A stretch of 64,000 nucleotides of DNA from contig JAFVWA010000224.1 of assembly GCA_017501885.1 (NCBI GenBank), positions 21,226 through 85,225 of the forward strand, given 5' to 3'. The DNA is from Clostridia bacterium (GTDB taxonomy: Bacteria; Bacillota; Clostridia; Christensenellales; Borkfalkiaceae). Each line of letters opens with the position of its first letter. Position 1 is the stretch's first letter. Made by a program: the position numbers and the translations under genes. The notes under the pieces are model-generated. The model saw nothing but the letters and a program-made list of their open reading frames with translations, had not been told where the DNA came from and searched no databases. Shown in pieces: positions 26,933 to 35,338 of the stretch.

Positions 26933-26944
26933 AATCTAACGTAT

Positions 26945-26973
26945 ATTATATATCATCGTAGCAAAAAATTCAA
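26945..26973 (-). promoter_or_regulatory. sigma-A promoter for the ligase-like gene
   Basis: Minus strand: TTGAAT (26973-26968), 17 nt spacer, TATAAT (26950-26945). Confidence 0.6.
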
Positions 26974-26999
26974 GGAAAATTTCCTTTTTAAAATATATC

Positions 27000-27028
27000 T
27001 TTACAGTTTAAAGAAAATGTGATACAAT
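27000..27028 (+). promoter_or_regulatory. sigma-A promoter (extended -10) for the ABC exporter
   Basis: TTTACA (27000-27005), 17 nt spacer, TGaTACAAT (-10 at 27023-27028). Confidence 0.65.
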
Positions 27029-27081
27029 ATTAAAACGCCAACGGGCAAAAAGATTGGCAAAACTACGAGAAGGTGCATATC

Positions 27082-28737
27082 TTGAAAGTGAGCGCGGTTA
27101 AATGGTTATACAAAAACACAAAGGGGCAGAAACTTAACCTATTCTGGCTCATTTTGTCCAACGCTTTTTTTGCCGTTATGACCGTTGCATTTGCATACGT
27201 TATAAAAGTTATTATAGACGGTGCGGTTTCAGGGGATAAAAATAAACTTATTGCAGGTGCAATTGCCATTGTGGTTATGGTTGCCTTGCAGTTTATTTTC
27301 CGACTTATCATAAACGGGCTTACCGAACATATTCGCGCAAAACTCGAGATTATTTATAAGTCTTTATTGTTTGGGCAAATTCTCAAAAAGCGTTATAAAG
27401 ACGTAACGGCGTATCATAGCGGAGAACTGCTTAACCGTTTGACGTCTGACGTAAACGTTATAGCGGAAGGTATATCGAGCATTGTTCCAACAGCCGTTGC
27501 CTCAATCGTGCGTTTGATTTCGGCAGTTGTGGTGCTGTGCTTTATAGACTGGGTGTTTGCTCTTGCATTCGTTTTGGCAGGACTTTTGGTGTTTGCAACC
27601 TTAGGGTTATTGCGTGGAAAACTAAAATTCCTTCATAAAAAGGCGCAAGAGACCGAAGGTAAAACGCGCGCGTTTATGCAAGAGAGTTTAGAGAACTCAC
27701 TTGCAATTAAAGTGTTTTCCGTTTCCGATAAAATAAACAGGATTTCAGACGACCTTCAAGGACAAAACTTTAAGGTTAAAATGAAACGTAGAAATTACAA
27801 CGTTTTAGGAAACGCAACCTATAACTTTATTTTTAGCGCAGGCTATATTTTTGCGCTCATATTCGGCGCGGTAAAACTTTTCCAAGGCACCGTTGGGTTT
27901 GGGTATGGCGACCTTTCTGCGATTTTACAATTAGTAAACAGCGTTCAAGTGCCTATTGCCAACCTTTCGGGACTTTTACCAAAGTATTACGGCACGCTTG
28001 CTTCTGCAGAAAGACTTATAGAGATAGAGAGTTTACCCGATGATGGAGTAGACCGTTTGGTTGACGCAAGTGCGCTATACGGCGACTTAGAGAGCATTGA
28101 AGTTAAAAACATTACCTTTGGTTACGACGATAGAGAAGACGTTTATAAGAACGCAAGCCTAACCATAAAGAAGGGCAGTTCGGTTGCCGTAACGGGGCTT
28201 TCGGGAATTGGCAAAAGCACCATTATGAAACTATTCTTAGGGGTATATCCCGTTAGCGAAGGTGAGATTTTCTTCAACTGCAACGACAAAAAAGTGCCTG
28301 TAAGCGATGTAACAAGGTCAATGTTTGCATACGTTCCGCAAGGTAATATGTTGTTTTCTGGAACGGTTAGAGATAACGTTACATTTATAAACGATAACGT
28401 AACCGAACAAGAGATAGACCGCGCGCTTAAAATAAGTGGCGCAGACGCGTTTGTTAGCGAACTTCCCGACAAAATAAACACTAAGGTCGGGGAAAACGGC
28501 ATGGGGCTTTCGGAAGGTCAAGTCCAAAGAATAGCCATTGCAAGGGCGGTGCTCTCAAAAGCGCCCATTCTACTACTTGACGAAGCGACGGGCTCGCTTG
28601 ACGAAGCCACCGAAAAAGCAGTTATTCAAAACCTTTTGGCTATGGAAGACAAGACGATTATACTCGTTTCCCATCGCCATTCGGCTGCCGATATGTGTGA
28701 GCAAACGATAAACGTTAAGGACAAAAAATTTAATTAA
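27082..28737 (+). CDS. ABC exporter, fused permease/ATPase (type I exporter family)
   Basis: Six-TM domain followed by an NBD with GLSGIGKST Walker A, LSEGQVQR signature and LLLDEATG Walker B. Start is ambiguous (GTG 27073, TTG 27082 or GTG 27088). Confidence 0.85.
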   Translation: MKVSAVKWLYKNTKGQKLNLFWLILSNAFFAVMTVAFAYVIKVIIDGAVSGDKNKLIAGAIAIVVMVALQFIFRLIINGLTEHIRAKLEIIYKSLLFGQILKKRYKDVTAYHSGELLNRLTSDVNVIAEGISSIVPTAVASIVRLISAVVVLCFIDWVFALAFVLAGLLVFATLGLLRGKLKFLHKKAQETEGKTRAFMQESLENSLAIKVFSVSDKINRISDDLQGQNFKVKMKRRNYNVLGNATYNFIFSAGYIFALIFGAVKLFQGTVGFGYGDLSAILQLVNSVQVPIANLSGLLPKYYGTLASAERLIEIESLPDDGVDRLVDASALYGDLESIEVKNITFGYDDREDVYKNASLTIKKGSSVAVTGLSGIGKSTIMKLFLGVYPVSEGEIFFNCNDKKVPVSDVTRSMFAYVPQGNMLFSGTVRDNVTFINDNVTEQEIDRALKISGADAFVSELPDKINTKVGENGMGLSEGQVQRIAIARAVLSKAPILLLDEATGSLDEATEKAVIQNLLAMEDKTIILVSHRHSAADMCEQTINVKDKKFN

Positions 28738-28783
28738 AAATGCGTTTTTTACTTAAAATAAGTATAAACACGGGTTTTTAGTA

Positions 28784-28811
28784 TTGATTTTTTTAAAAAT
28801 TATGGTATGAT
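28784..28811 (+). promoter_or_regulatory. sigma-A promoter (extended -10) for the nahK-like operon
   Basis: TTGATT (28784-28789), 16 nt spacer, TGgTATGAT (-10 at 28806-28811). This leaves a leader of roughly 95 nt. Confidence 0.6.
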
Positions 28812-28914
28812 ATAACTAAGAGTCGTGCGTCTTTTGATAAAGACGGATGACATTCGTAGTTTTTACCTAATTCAAAAACCAAGTTATAACCGCGTGTTAT
28901 ATTCAGGGGGAAAA

Positions 28915-30009
28915 GTGACAATTCAAGAAATTTGCTCGTTTTTTGATATTGGTGGTAAATACGTCGGGTGTAAGGAACTTTCTACCGGCATAATAAATTC
29001 TACCTATCACGTGGAGTATATCCGCGATGGCGAGAGAAAAGATTATATAGTCCAAAAGATAAATAAGACGGTTTTTAAGAACCCTAAAAAACTTATGGAC
29101 AATATCGTTAGGGTTACCGAATACATCCGTGGCAACGTTATTTTAAATGAACTTTCTACCAAAAGGTTTGTTTTAAGAGCGTTCGTTACAAAAAAGGATA
29201 GAAAACCCTATTGGAAAGATGATACGGGTGAGTATTGGCGCGTTTACCGTTATATTAAAAACTCCATTACCTACGACGCTACCGATAATTTAAGAATTAT
29301 CCAAAGAGTAGGTCAGGCGTTCGGGAGATTCCAAGACTTCTTAGACGGATTTAACGCAAAAACTCTTTACGTTACTATCCCCGATTTCCACAACACGCCA
29401 AAAAGATACAAAGCTTTCCGCGCTGCCATAAAAAAGGACCCAAAGAAAAGGGTTAAGTGGGTGGCAAAGGAAATAGAAGACTTAAATTTCTACGAAGAAC
29501 GCGCTTCGCTTCTTCAAAGATACTTAGACGAAGGTAGGCTACCACTTAGAGTTACGCACAACGATACAAAGTGTAACAACGTTACCTTCGATAAAGATAC
29601 CGACGAAGCGCTTGCAGTTTTAGACCTAGATACCGTTATGCCGGGTGCAGTTGCTTACGACTTTGGTGACGCTATTAGATTTATTGCAAATAACGCCTTA
29701 GAAGACGACCCTGATACTGAAAAGGTTTCCTTAAACCTTAAAAAATATGAAGCTTTTACCAAAGGCTTTATAACCGAATTAAAAGAAGACTTAACGTCGT
29801 TTGAAAAGAAGACTATGAATTTAGGCGTGTTTACCATGACGGTAGAACTTGCCGTTCGCTTTTTGACAGACTATATTAATGGCGATAAGTATTTTAAGAC
29901 TAAGTATCCTGGACATAATCTTGACAGAGCGAGAAACCAAATTGCTTTGGCAAAAGATATTTTAAGAAAAACAGACGATATTGATAAGATTTTAGCAAAA
30001 TATATTTAA
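28915..30009 (+). CDS. N-acetylhexosamine 1-kinase-like phosphotransferase (NahK/LnpB family, APH fold)
   Basis: WRVYRYI, FHNTPKRY, LRVTHNDTKCNN and LDLDTVMPG blocks align with my memory of Bifidobacterium NahK. Start moved to GTG 28915 behind GGGGGA, giving 364 aa. Confidence 0.7.
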   Translation: MTIQEICSFFDIGGKYVGCKELSTGIINSTYHVEYIRDGERKDYIVQKINKTVFKNPKKLMDNIVRVTEYIRGNVILNELSTKRFVLRAFVTKKDRKPYWKDDTGEYWRVYRYIKNSITYDATDNLRIIQRVGQAFGRFQDFLDGFNAKTLYVTIPDFHNTPKRYKAFRAAIKKDPKKRVKWVAKEIEDLNFYEERASLLQRYLDEGRLPLRVTHNDTKCNNVTFDKDTDEALAVLDLDTVMPGAVAYDFGDAIRFIANNALEDDPDTEKVSLNLKKYEAFTKGFITELKEDLTSFEKKTMNLGVFTMTVELAVRFLTDYINGDKYFKTKYPGHNLDRARNQIALAKDILRKTDDIDKILAKYI

Positions 30010-30019
30010 GGGGATACAG

Positions 30020-31510
30020 ATGGAACAGCAAACCGTTGAAAACAGAACGGGCGGGAAACACCTTTTAAGGGAAATTCTTTTCGTTCTTAAAAAGAACTTA
30101 ATACTGCTTCTTGTAATCACCATTGTTGCAACTGCAATCGGTGGGGTTTACGCGTTCTTAAGAAAACCTAAATACATAGCGACTGAACAGTTATTGTTTA
30201 GTATGGGTGACCGCGCGTATATTGCAGACGACATCAATACCATGAACGCATATAAAGCGACCATTCAGTCGTTTGCTAACCAAGGAGTTGTGTTAGACAG
30301 AGCAAACCACTACGCTAAACTTTATTATACCGAAATGCCCACCGAAGAAGAGTATAACGCTATCTTAGAAAAAGACGGGCAGATGAATCAAGACGGAAGT
30401 GTTAACGTATCTCCATATCCCAAGTCTTTAACTTATGCCGGCTTTGAAGAAATCAGTTTAGACTTACTTGTTTTACAAGTTGAAATGATGGAATCAATGA
30501 TGCTAAGTTATAATGATGAAATTGCCGTATGGGAAAAGGTTATTGAAAAATTGGAAAACTATGCCGATATGAGTCAAGGTATAGCAGATTCAATTATGAT
30601 AAAAGAAAACGACCAAGCAAGAAAAGTTTTACACCAACAAGCAGTCGTTATAGGTGAAGAAAGAATACTTTCATCAATCATATCTTCTTACGACTTAGAT
30701 GTTTTACTTTTAAGACAAGCTATCAAGTGCGGAACTTCTCAAGAACAAATTGAAAAGGATAAAGCGAAACTTGCCCAAGTAATAGCCGTTCGAGAAAACT
30801 TAAAAGCCATTTTAAAAGAATCGCAAGAGAATTTGCAAACGCTATTAGAAATAGGCGCAGCGCCTATCGAAGGTATTCCTTACAGGTTTGACGAAGCGGA
30901 CGTATTTGAAAAAATATATACGGCAATGGGACAACCACCCGTTGCGACGGTAGACGATTCGCAAAGCTCTAACAAATTCAAAATGTATGAAACCATTTCC
31001 GAAGCGCAGGAAGTTAGAGACGACGTTAAGGAAGAAAAACAAAACTTTGGCGAAGATGCAGGTGATTTATTATACGATGCTGAATCTGAAGAAGGCAAGG
31101 CAAACGCAGGCAAAGGCACTTATATAACGAGTGGTAACGTTGGAATTTTACCAACCGATACCGAAGAAAAATCTTTCGTGTTTGGCATTAGTTATACTGA
31201 CGGTAACGAAAAATTAGCAAAAGAAAAGGTTAAAATTTTAGCCCTTGCTTACAATATAGAAAGTTCATACTTCTTTACTAACATGAAAGCGAGCATTGAC
31301 GATTTAGGTTTAAGGTCTTGCACGATTGATATGTCAAAATCAACCATAATTTTGCTTGCTTTCTGTATAGGTATTGTGCTTGCGCTTATAGTAGTTTATC
31401 TTCTTTACGTGCTTGACAAAACCATTAAGAGCAGAGAAGATGCAGAAAAGGTTGCGGGCTGTCCCGTGCTTGCTTGCATAGAGCCACAGGAGGTTAAAGC
31501 AAATGGATAA
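30020..31510 (+). CDS. Wzz/CpsC-type polysaccharide co-polymerase with greatly enlarged extracytoplasmic domain
   Basis: N-terminal TM plus a Wzz-like start (PKYIATEQL). C-terminal TM followed by the DKTIKSREDAEKVAGCPVLACI tail. 496 aa versus 246 aa for the neighbouring paralog. Confidence 0.65.
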   Translation: MEQQTVENRTGGKHLLREILFVLKKNLILLLVITIVATAIGGVYAFLRKPKYIATEQLLFSMGDRAYIADDINTMNAYKATIQSFANQGVVLDRANHYAKLYYTEMPTEEEYNAILEKDGQMNQDGSVNVSPYPKSLTYAGFEEISLDLLVLQVEMMESMMLSYNDEIAVWEKVIEKLENYADMSQGIADSIMIKENDQARKVLHQQAVVIGEERILSSIISSYDLDVLLLRQAIKCGTSQEQIEKDKAKLAQVIAVRENLKAILKESQENLQTLLEIGAAPIEGIPYRFDEADVFEKIYTAMGQPPVATVDDSQSSNKFKMYETISEAQEVRDDVKEEKQNFGEDAGDLLYDAESEEGKANAGKGTYITSGNVGILPTDTEEKSFVFGISYTDGNEKLAKEKVKILALAYNIESSYFFTNMKASIDDLGLRSCTIDMSKSTIILLAFCIGIVLALIVVYLLYVLDKTIKSREDAEKVAGCPVLACIEPQEVKANG

Positions 31511-32243
31511 CAACGTAAAAACTTCCGGTTCTAAAAAATCAATATTTGCAGTTTTATATAAAAACTTGTTGCTGATTATTCTCGCGGCAGTTTTAGGCGC
31601 TTTGGCAGGTTTTGGTCTTGGTATTCTCTCGGTTGAACCCGTTTACAGACAAGGCATATCAGTAATGCTTATTGCCGAAGTTGATTCGAGTAACGAAAAC
31701 GCGTCTAACTCTCAAGACATGGCGCTTTCTCAATATTGGCTTGGCGACGTTAACGAAATTCTCACCAGCCCAAGTTTTGTAAAAGTTGCTAACGATTACT
31801 ATAAGGATAACGGCGGAGAAGGCGAAATCGTTGCGGGTGGCATCTCAATATCTTATAACAGCGAGCAAAGTCTTATTTTCTCAATAACGTATACTGACGT
31901 TTCTGACGAACTCGCAGGCAAAAAACTCAGCGCCGTTGTAGAAAAGGCTAAAGTGCATTTGCAGGATAAGTTGGTTGCCGATAACGTTGAACTTAAAGAA
32001 ACGAGCAACATTAACTTCAAAAGCATGGACTACGACTATACTTCTTATATAATTATAGGCTTGCTAATTGGTCTTCTTATATCAGTTGGCTACGTTGTGT
32101 TAAGATTCTTGCTCGACAACACCGTTAAGGATAAACACGAATTAGAAGAACTTACGGGCGTGAACGTTCTCGCTTGTATCGATTCTTTTGATAACCGTGA
32201 TAAAAAGCACAACAAAAAAGTTGAAGAAGTTGTAATTAAATAA
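31503..32243 (+). CDS. Wzz/CpsC/YwqC-type polysaccharide co-polymerase (BY-kinase modulator family)
   Basis: Two-TM topology and a C-terminal DNTVKDKHELEELTGVNVLACI tail. 8-nt overlap with the upstream gene. Confidence 0.7.
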   Translation: MDNNVKTSGSKKSIFAVLYKNLLLIILAAVLGALAGFGLGILSVEPVYRQGISVMLIAEVDSSNENASNSQDMALSQYWLGDVNEILTSPSFVKVANDYYKDNGGEGEIVAGGISISYNSEQSLIFSITYTDVSDELAGKKLSAVVEKAKVHLQDKLVADNVELKETSNINFKSMDYDYTSYIIIGLLIGLLISVGYVVLRFLLDNTVKDKHELEELTGVNVLACIDSFDNRDKKHNKKVEEVVIK

Positions 32244-32259
32244 TTAAGTAAATCAAAAA

Positions 32260-32289
32260 GCGGATACGCATGGCGTATCCGCTTTTTTT
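32260..32289 (+). terminator. terminator of the Wzz operon
   Basis: Stem GCGGATACGC / GCGTATCCGC followed by 7 T. Confidence 0.85.
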
Positions 32290-32308
32290 GTTTTGATAAA
32301 AATTTTTT

Positions 32309-32338
32309 AAAAAAACGAAGGCGGAAATTACTTCCGCC
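32309..32338 (-). terminator. minus-strand intrinsic terminator with no upstream gene
   Basis: Minus strand: GGCGGAA GTAAT TTCCGCC followed by TTCGTTTTTTT. Confidence 0.7.
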
Positions 32339-32372
32339 AACGCTAAACAGATTGGAGTGATCAAATTTGGAT
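32309..32372 (-). ncRNA. candidate small RNA (~65 nt) defined by an orphan promoter and terminator
   Basis: Predicted transcript: AUUAUCCAAAUUUGAUCACUCCAAUCUGUUUAGCGUUGGCGGAAGUAAUUUCCGCCUUCGUUUUUUU. It contains no start codon. Confidence 0.45.
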
Positions 32373-32378
32373 AATTTG

Positions 32379-32408
32379 ATTTTAACACCAACTAATATAA
32401 ATAGTCAA
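32379..32408 (-). promoter_or_regulatory. near-consensus sigma-A promoter (extended -10) for the candidate sRNA
   Basis: Minus strand: TTGACT (32408-32403), 18 nt spacer, TGtTAAAAT (-10 at 32384-32379). An AT-rich UP-like tract lies upstream. Confidence 0.6.
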
Positions 32409-32544
32409 TTATTAAAAAAATAAAAATAATTTTCTTATAATTATAAAAAAATAGCGTTGTCATTTTAATAAAATTAAAAATTTTGCTTGTAATTTTTATA
32501 AAAATAAAGTATCATATAAACACAAGGTATTTAGGAGAATACGT

Positions 32545-32991
32545 ATGAAGTATAATAATATTGACGAAACAGATTTAAAAATTTTAAGACTTTTGCAAAA
32601 CGACGCAAGAATGCCCGTCAAAGCTATTGCCGAACAGATTTTTGCTTCCGCACCTACCGTGTCGGCAAGAATTGAAAGCCTTACCCAAAAGGGAATAATC
32701 AAAGGGTATTATACCGAGATAGACGTTTCTGCTATTGATAACGTCATTAAAAGTTATATCGATATAGAAGTTTCTCCCGAAAGAAAGGAAGAACTTTACG
32801 ACTTTTTACGTTCATCTCCGCAAGTGGTGGAAGCAAATCGCGTTACGGGGGAATATTCATTACTAATAAAGGTGATAGTTAAAAACACCTTGGAAATGGA
32901 TAAGTTTATAAACGCTTTGCAAAGATATGGCAGAACTAAAACTCAAATAGTATTCTCGTCTATTATAGAACGCCGTGGTGTAAGCATATAA
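32545..32991 (+). CDS. Lrp/AsnC-family transcriptional regulator
   Basis: DETDLKILRLLQNDARMPVKAIAEQI HTH plus a C-terminal RAM domain. Confidence 0.9.
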   Translation: MKYNNIDETDLKILRLLQNDARMPVKAIAEQIFASAPTVSARIESLTQKGIIKGYYTEIDVSAIDNVIKSYIDIEVSPERKEELYDFLRSSPQVVEANRVTGEYSLLIKVIVKNTLEMDKFINALQRYGRTKTQIVFSSIIERRGVSI

Positions 32992-33023
32992 ATAAAGACT
33001 CTATGCCATAGCTTAAACAAATG

Positions 33024-33050
33024 AAAAAATTGCCCGGTTCTTCGGGCAAT
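33024..33050 (-). terminator. terminator of ttcA (possibly bidirectional)
   Basis: Stem ATTGCCCG / CGGGCAAT, with the T-run on the minus strand. Confidence 0.65.
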
Positions 33051-33056
33051 TAGTTG

Positions 33057-33806
33057 TTAAAATAAGTCTATTTGGCTTTCGTATTTGTCAAATAGCGAAT
33101 ACCTTTCGGGGTGAATGAGCGCGGTAAACATCATTTCTCTTACGTTTGGAATTTGCTTGCCAATATCAGCAATTATCTCTTTAACGTATTCGCGTTTGGT
33201 GTTTTTATTTGCAGGGCAGTTGCTTTCGACTATCGGAAGCGTTTTTGCGTAAGCGGATACGTCCATTTCTTCAAGCATAATCATTGGGCGAATAAGCGTT
33301 AGGTCGGTGCGGTCAAGATAACTCTTTGGCGCAAAGGTGGAAAGTCTGCCTTCGTAAAACAGAGAAAGCAAAAGGGTATCTATCAAATCGTCGCTATGAT
33401 GACCGAGCGCTATTTTATTACAACCCCTTTCTTTAACTACCGAGTAAAGCGCGCCCTTTCGCATTTTAGAGCAAAGCGCACAAGGGTTGGTTTCCTTTCT
33501 AACGTCAAAAACCACTTGGGCTATCTCAGTTTTTTCAATAACGTATTCAACGCCCAACTCGTCGCATAAACTTTGAATGGGCGAATAGTCGGCGGTGGCG
33601 TTTGAAAAACCTAAGTCTACGGTAACGGCAATTAGGTCAAACTTTTCGGGGGAAAAACGTTTGTATTCGGCAAGAAGTTTAAGTAAGGTTACCGAGTCCT
33701 TTCCACCTGAAACGCCCACGGCAATTTTATCGCCGTCTTTAATCATTTTATATTTAGTTATTGCTTTTCGAAGTTTTGAAAGCATTTGTTGGGTTGTCAT
33801 ATTCAA
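33057..33806 (-). CDS. ttcA: PP-loop ATPase, tRNA 2-thiocytidine biosynthesis TtcA family
   Basis: VGVSGGKDS PP-loop, CALCSKMRKG and HHSDD motifs. Confidence 0.8.
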   Translation of the reverse strand: MNMTTQQMLSKLRKAITKYKMIKDGDKIAVGVSGGKDSVTLLKLLAEYKRFSPEKFDLIAVTVDLGFSNATADYSPIQSLCDELGVEYVIEKTEIAQVVFDVRKETNPCALCSKMRKGALYSVVKERGCNKIALGHHSDDLIDTLLLSLFYEGRLSTFAPKSYLDRTDLTLIRPMIMLEEMDVSAYAKTLPIVESNCPANKNTKREYVKEIIADIGKQIPNVREMMFTALIHPERYSLFDKYESQIDLF

Positions 33807-33878
33807 ATTCCCTTGCTTTTTTATCGTGATTACATTATACTGTAATTATAAAAAAATACAAAGTATTTTTGGTGAAAT

Positions 33879-34523
33879 ATGGTAGAATTTATTCAAAATC
33901 TAATAAATAACGACCTAATTTCGGTCATCGTGGTATCTTTGATACCCATGATTGAACTTAAAGGTGGTATAGTTTTTGCGCGTGGCGTAGGCTTTGACTT
34001 TTTCCAAGCCTTAGGGCTTGCCTACCTTGGCTCTACGATAGTGTTTATACCTATTTTCTTCTTGCTCATTCCACTTCTTAACCTTTTCAAAAAGATTAAG
34101 TTTGTAAACAAAATTGCAACTAAGGCTGAAAGTTACGTTCAAAGCAAAGCGCGAGAAGCTTTGGAAAAACAAAACCAAAAACAAGGCAAGCGCGCCATGA
34201 GTGAAAGGTTTATCAAACAACTTGCCGTGTTTATTTTCGTCGCCATTCCATTGCCTATGACGGGCGTTTGGATGGGCACGGCTATCGCGGTATTTGTTAA
34301 CCTTAAATTTAAGGATGCGGTTTTGCCTATAATCTTAGGTAACTTACTCGCAGGCATTATAATCTCAGCGCTTGCTTCATTGTGTTTGGCGTTGTGGACT
34401 ATTGCTGTTCTCGATTATATTTTATACACATTATTTGGCTTGGCGGTTATACTTTTAGTCGTTATGATAATAAAGATAGTAAAGCAAAAACCTGATTCAG
34501 ACGTTCAAAAGGGGAATGATTAA
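33879..34523 (+). CDS. small multidrug-export-like membrane protein (COG2426)
   Basis: The PMIELKGGI N-terminal motif is typical of this family. Polytopic. Confidence 0.65.
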   Translation: MVEFIQNLINNDLISVIVVSLIPMIELKGGIVFARGVGFDFFQALGLAYLGSTIVFIPIFFLLIPLLNLFKKIKFVNKIATKAESYVQSKAREALEKQNQKQGKRAMSERFIKQLAVFIFVAIPLPMTGVWMGTAIAVFVNLKFKDAVLPIILGNLLAGIIISALASLCLALWTIAVLDYILYTLFGLAVILLVVMIIKIVKQKPDSDVQKGND

Positions 34524-35336
34524 ATGGGATTTTTTAGTTGGCTTTTTCGTAAAAAACCAAAAAAACTAACACTTGGTTTGGCGCTTGGCTCGGGCGGAGC
34601 AAAAGGCTTTGCGGAAATAGGAGCGCTTCGCGCGTTTGAAGAAAACGGCATAGAGTTCGATATTGTAGCAGGCACGAGTATAGGTAGCATTGTCGGTGCG
34701 TTTTATGCAAACGGCTATTCGTCTAACGATATGTTCGAGCTTCTTAAAAAAATGGATTTTACGCAGTTTTTCAGTTTGTCTAAAATCATCAATATTGACA
34801 CTTCGGTAATTCACGACGTAGTTGACGATGCCATAGGTTCTCTCAACATTGAAGAACTTAAAAAGCCGTATAAATGCGTAGCCACCGTTGTTGAAACGGG
34901 TGATGAATACGTGTTCGACAAGGGTAGCGTTGCAACTGCCGTTTGCGCTTCAAGTTGCATACCGCCATTCTTTAAGCCAGTTGTCATTGACGACGTTAGA
35001 TACGTTGACGGTGCTTTTTCTAACTCCATTCCAGCCGACCTTGTTAAGCAAATGGGCGCCGACTATATCGTCGGTATAGACCTAAAAGATTACGAGCCAA
35101 AACAAAGCGGTATACTTGGCAAACTGTTCCCGACTTATAAGGGAAAAGTAGCAGAGCCTTGGGCGAAAGGTTACGAGTATAGCAACGTCGTGTTGCACCC
35201 CGATTTAAGGGGGTATAGTTCGGTATCATTCAATTCGGGAAGCGAAATGTATGACATCGGATATAAAACGGCAATCGAACACATGCCACAGATAAAAGAA
35301 CAAATTAACACACTTATGAAAAATAGCAAAAGATAG
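34524..35336 (+). CDS. patatin-like phospholipase
   Basis: GLALGSGGAKG oxyanion motif, GTSIGS nucleophile, DGA(F) catalytic Asp. TAG stop at 35334-35336. Confidence 0.85.
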   Translation: MGFFSWLFRKKPKKLTLGLALGSGGAKGFAEIGALRAFEENGIEFDIVAGTSIGSIVGAFYANGYSSNDMFELLKKMDFTQFFSLSKIINIDTSVIHDVVDDAIGSLNIEELKKPYKCVATVVETGDEYVFDKGSVATAVCASSCIPPFFKPVVIDDVRYVDGAFSNSIPADLVKQMGADYIVGIDLKDYEPKQSGILGKLFPTYKGKVAEPWAKGYEYSNVVLHPDLRGYSSVSFNSGSEMYDIGYKTAIEHMPQIKEQINTLMKNSKR

Positions 35337-35338
35337 CG

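Noticed and set aside
28812-28914. Roughly 95-nt leader of the nahK-like gene with a CGTCTT/AAGACG hairpin, considered as a riboswitch
   Set aside because: No match to any riboswitch class I can recall (glmS, c-di-GMP, preQ1, ZTP, guanidine and others). The structure is short and unremarkable.
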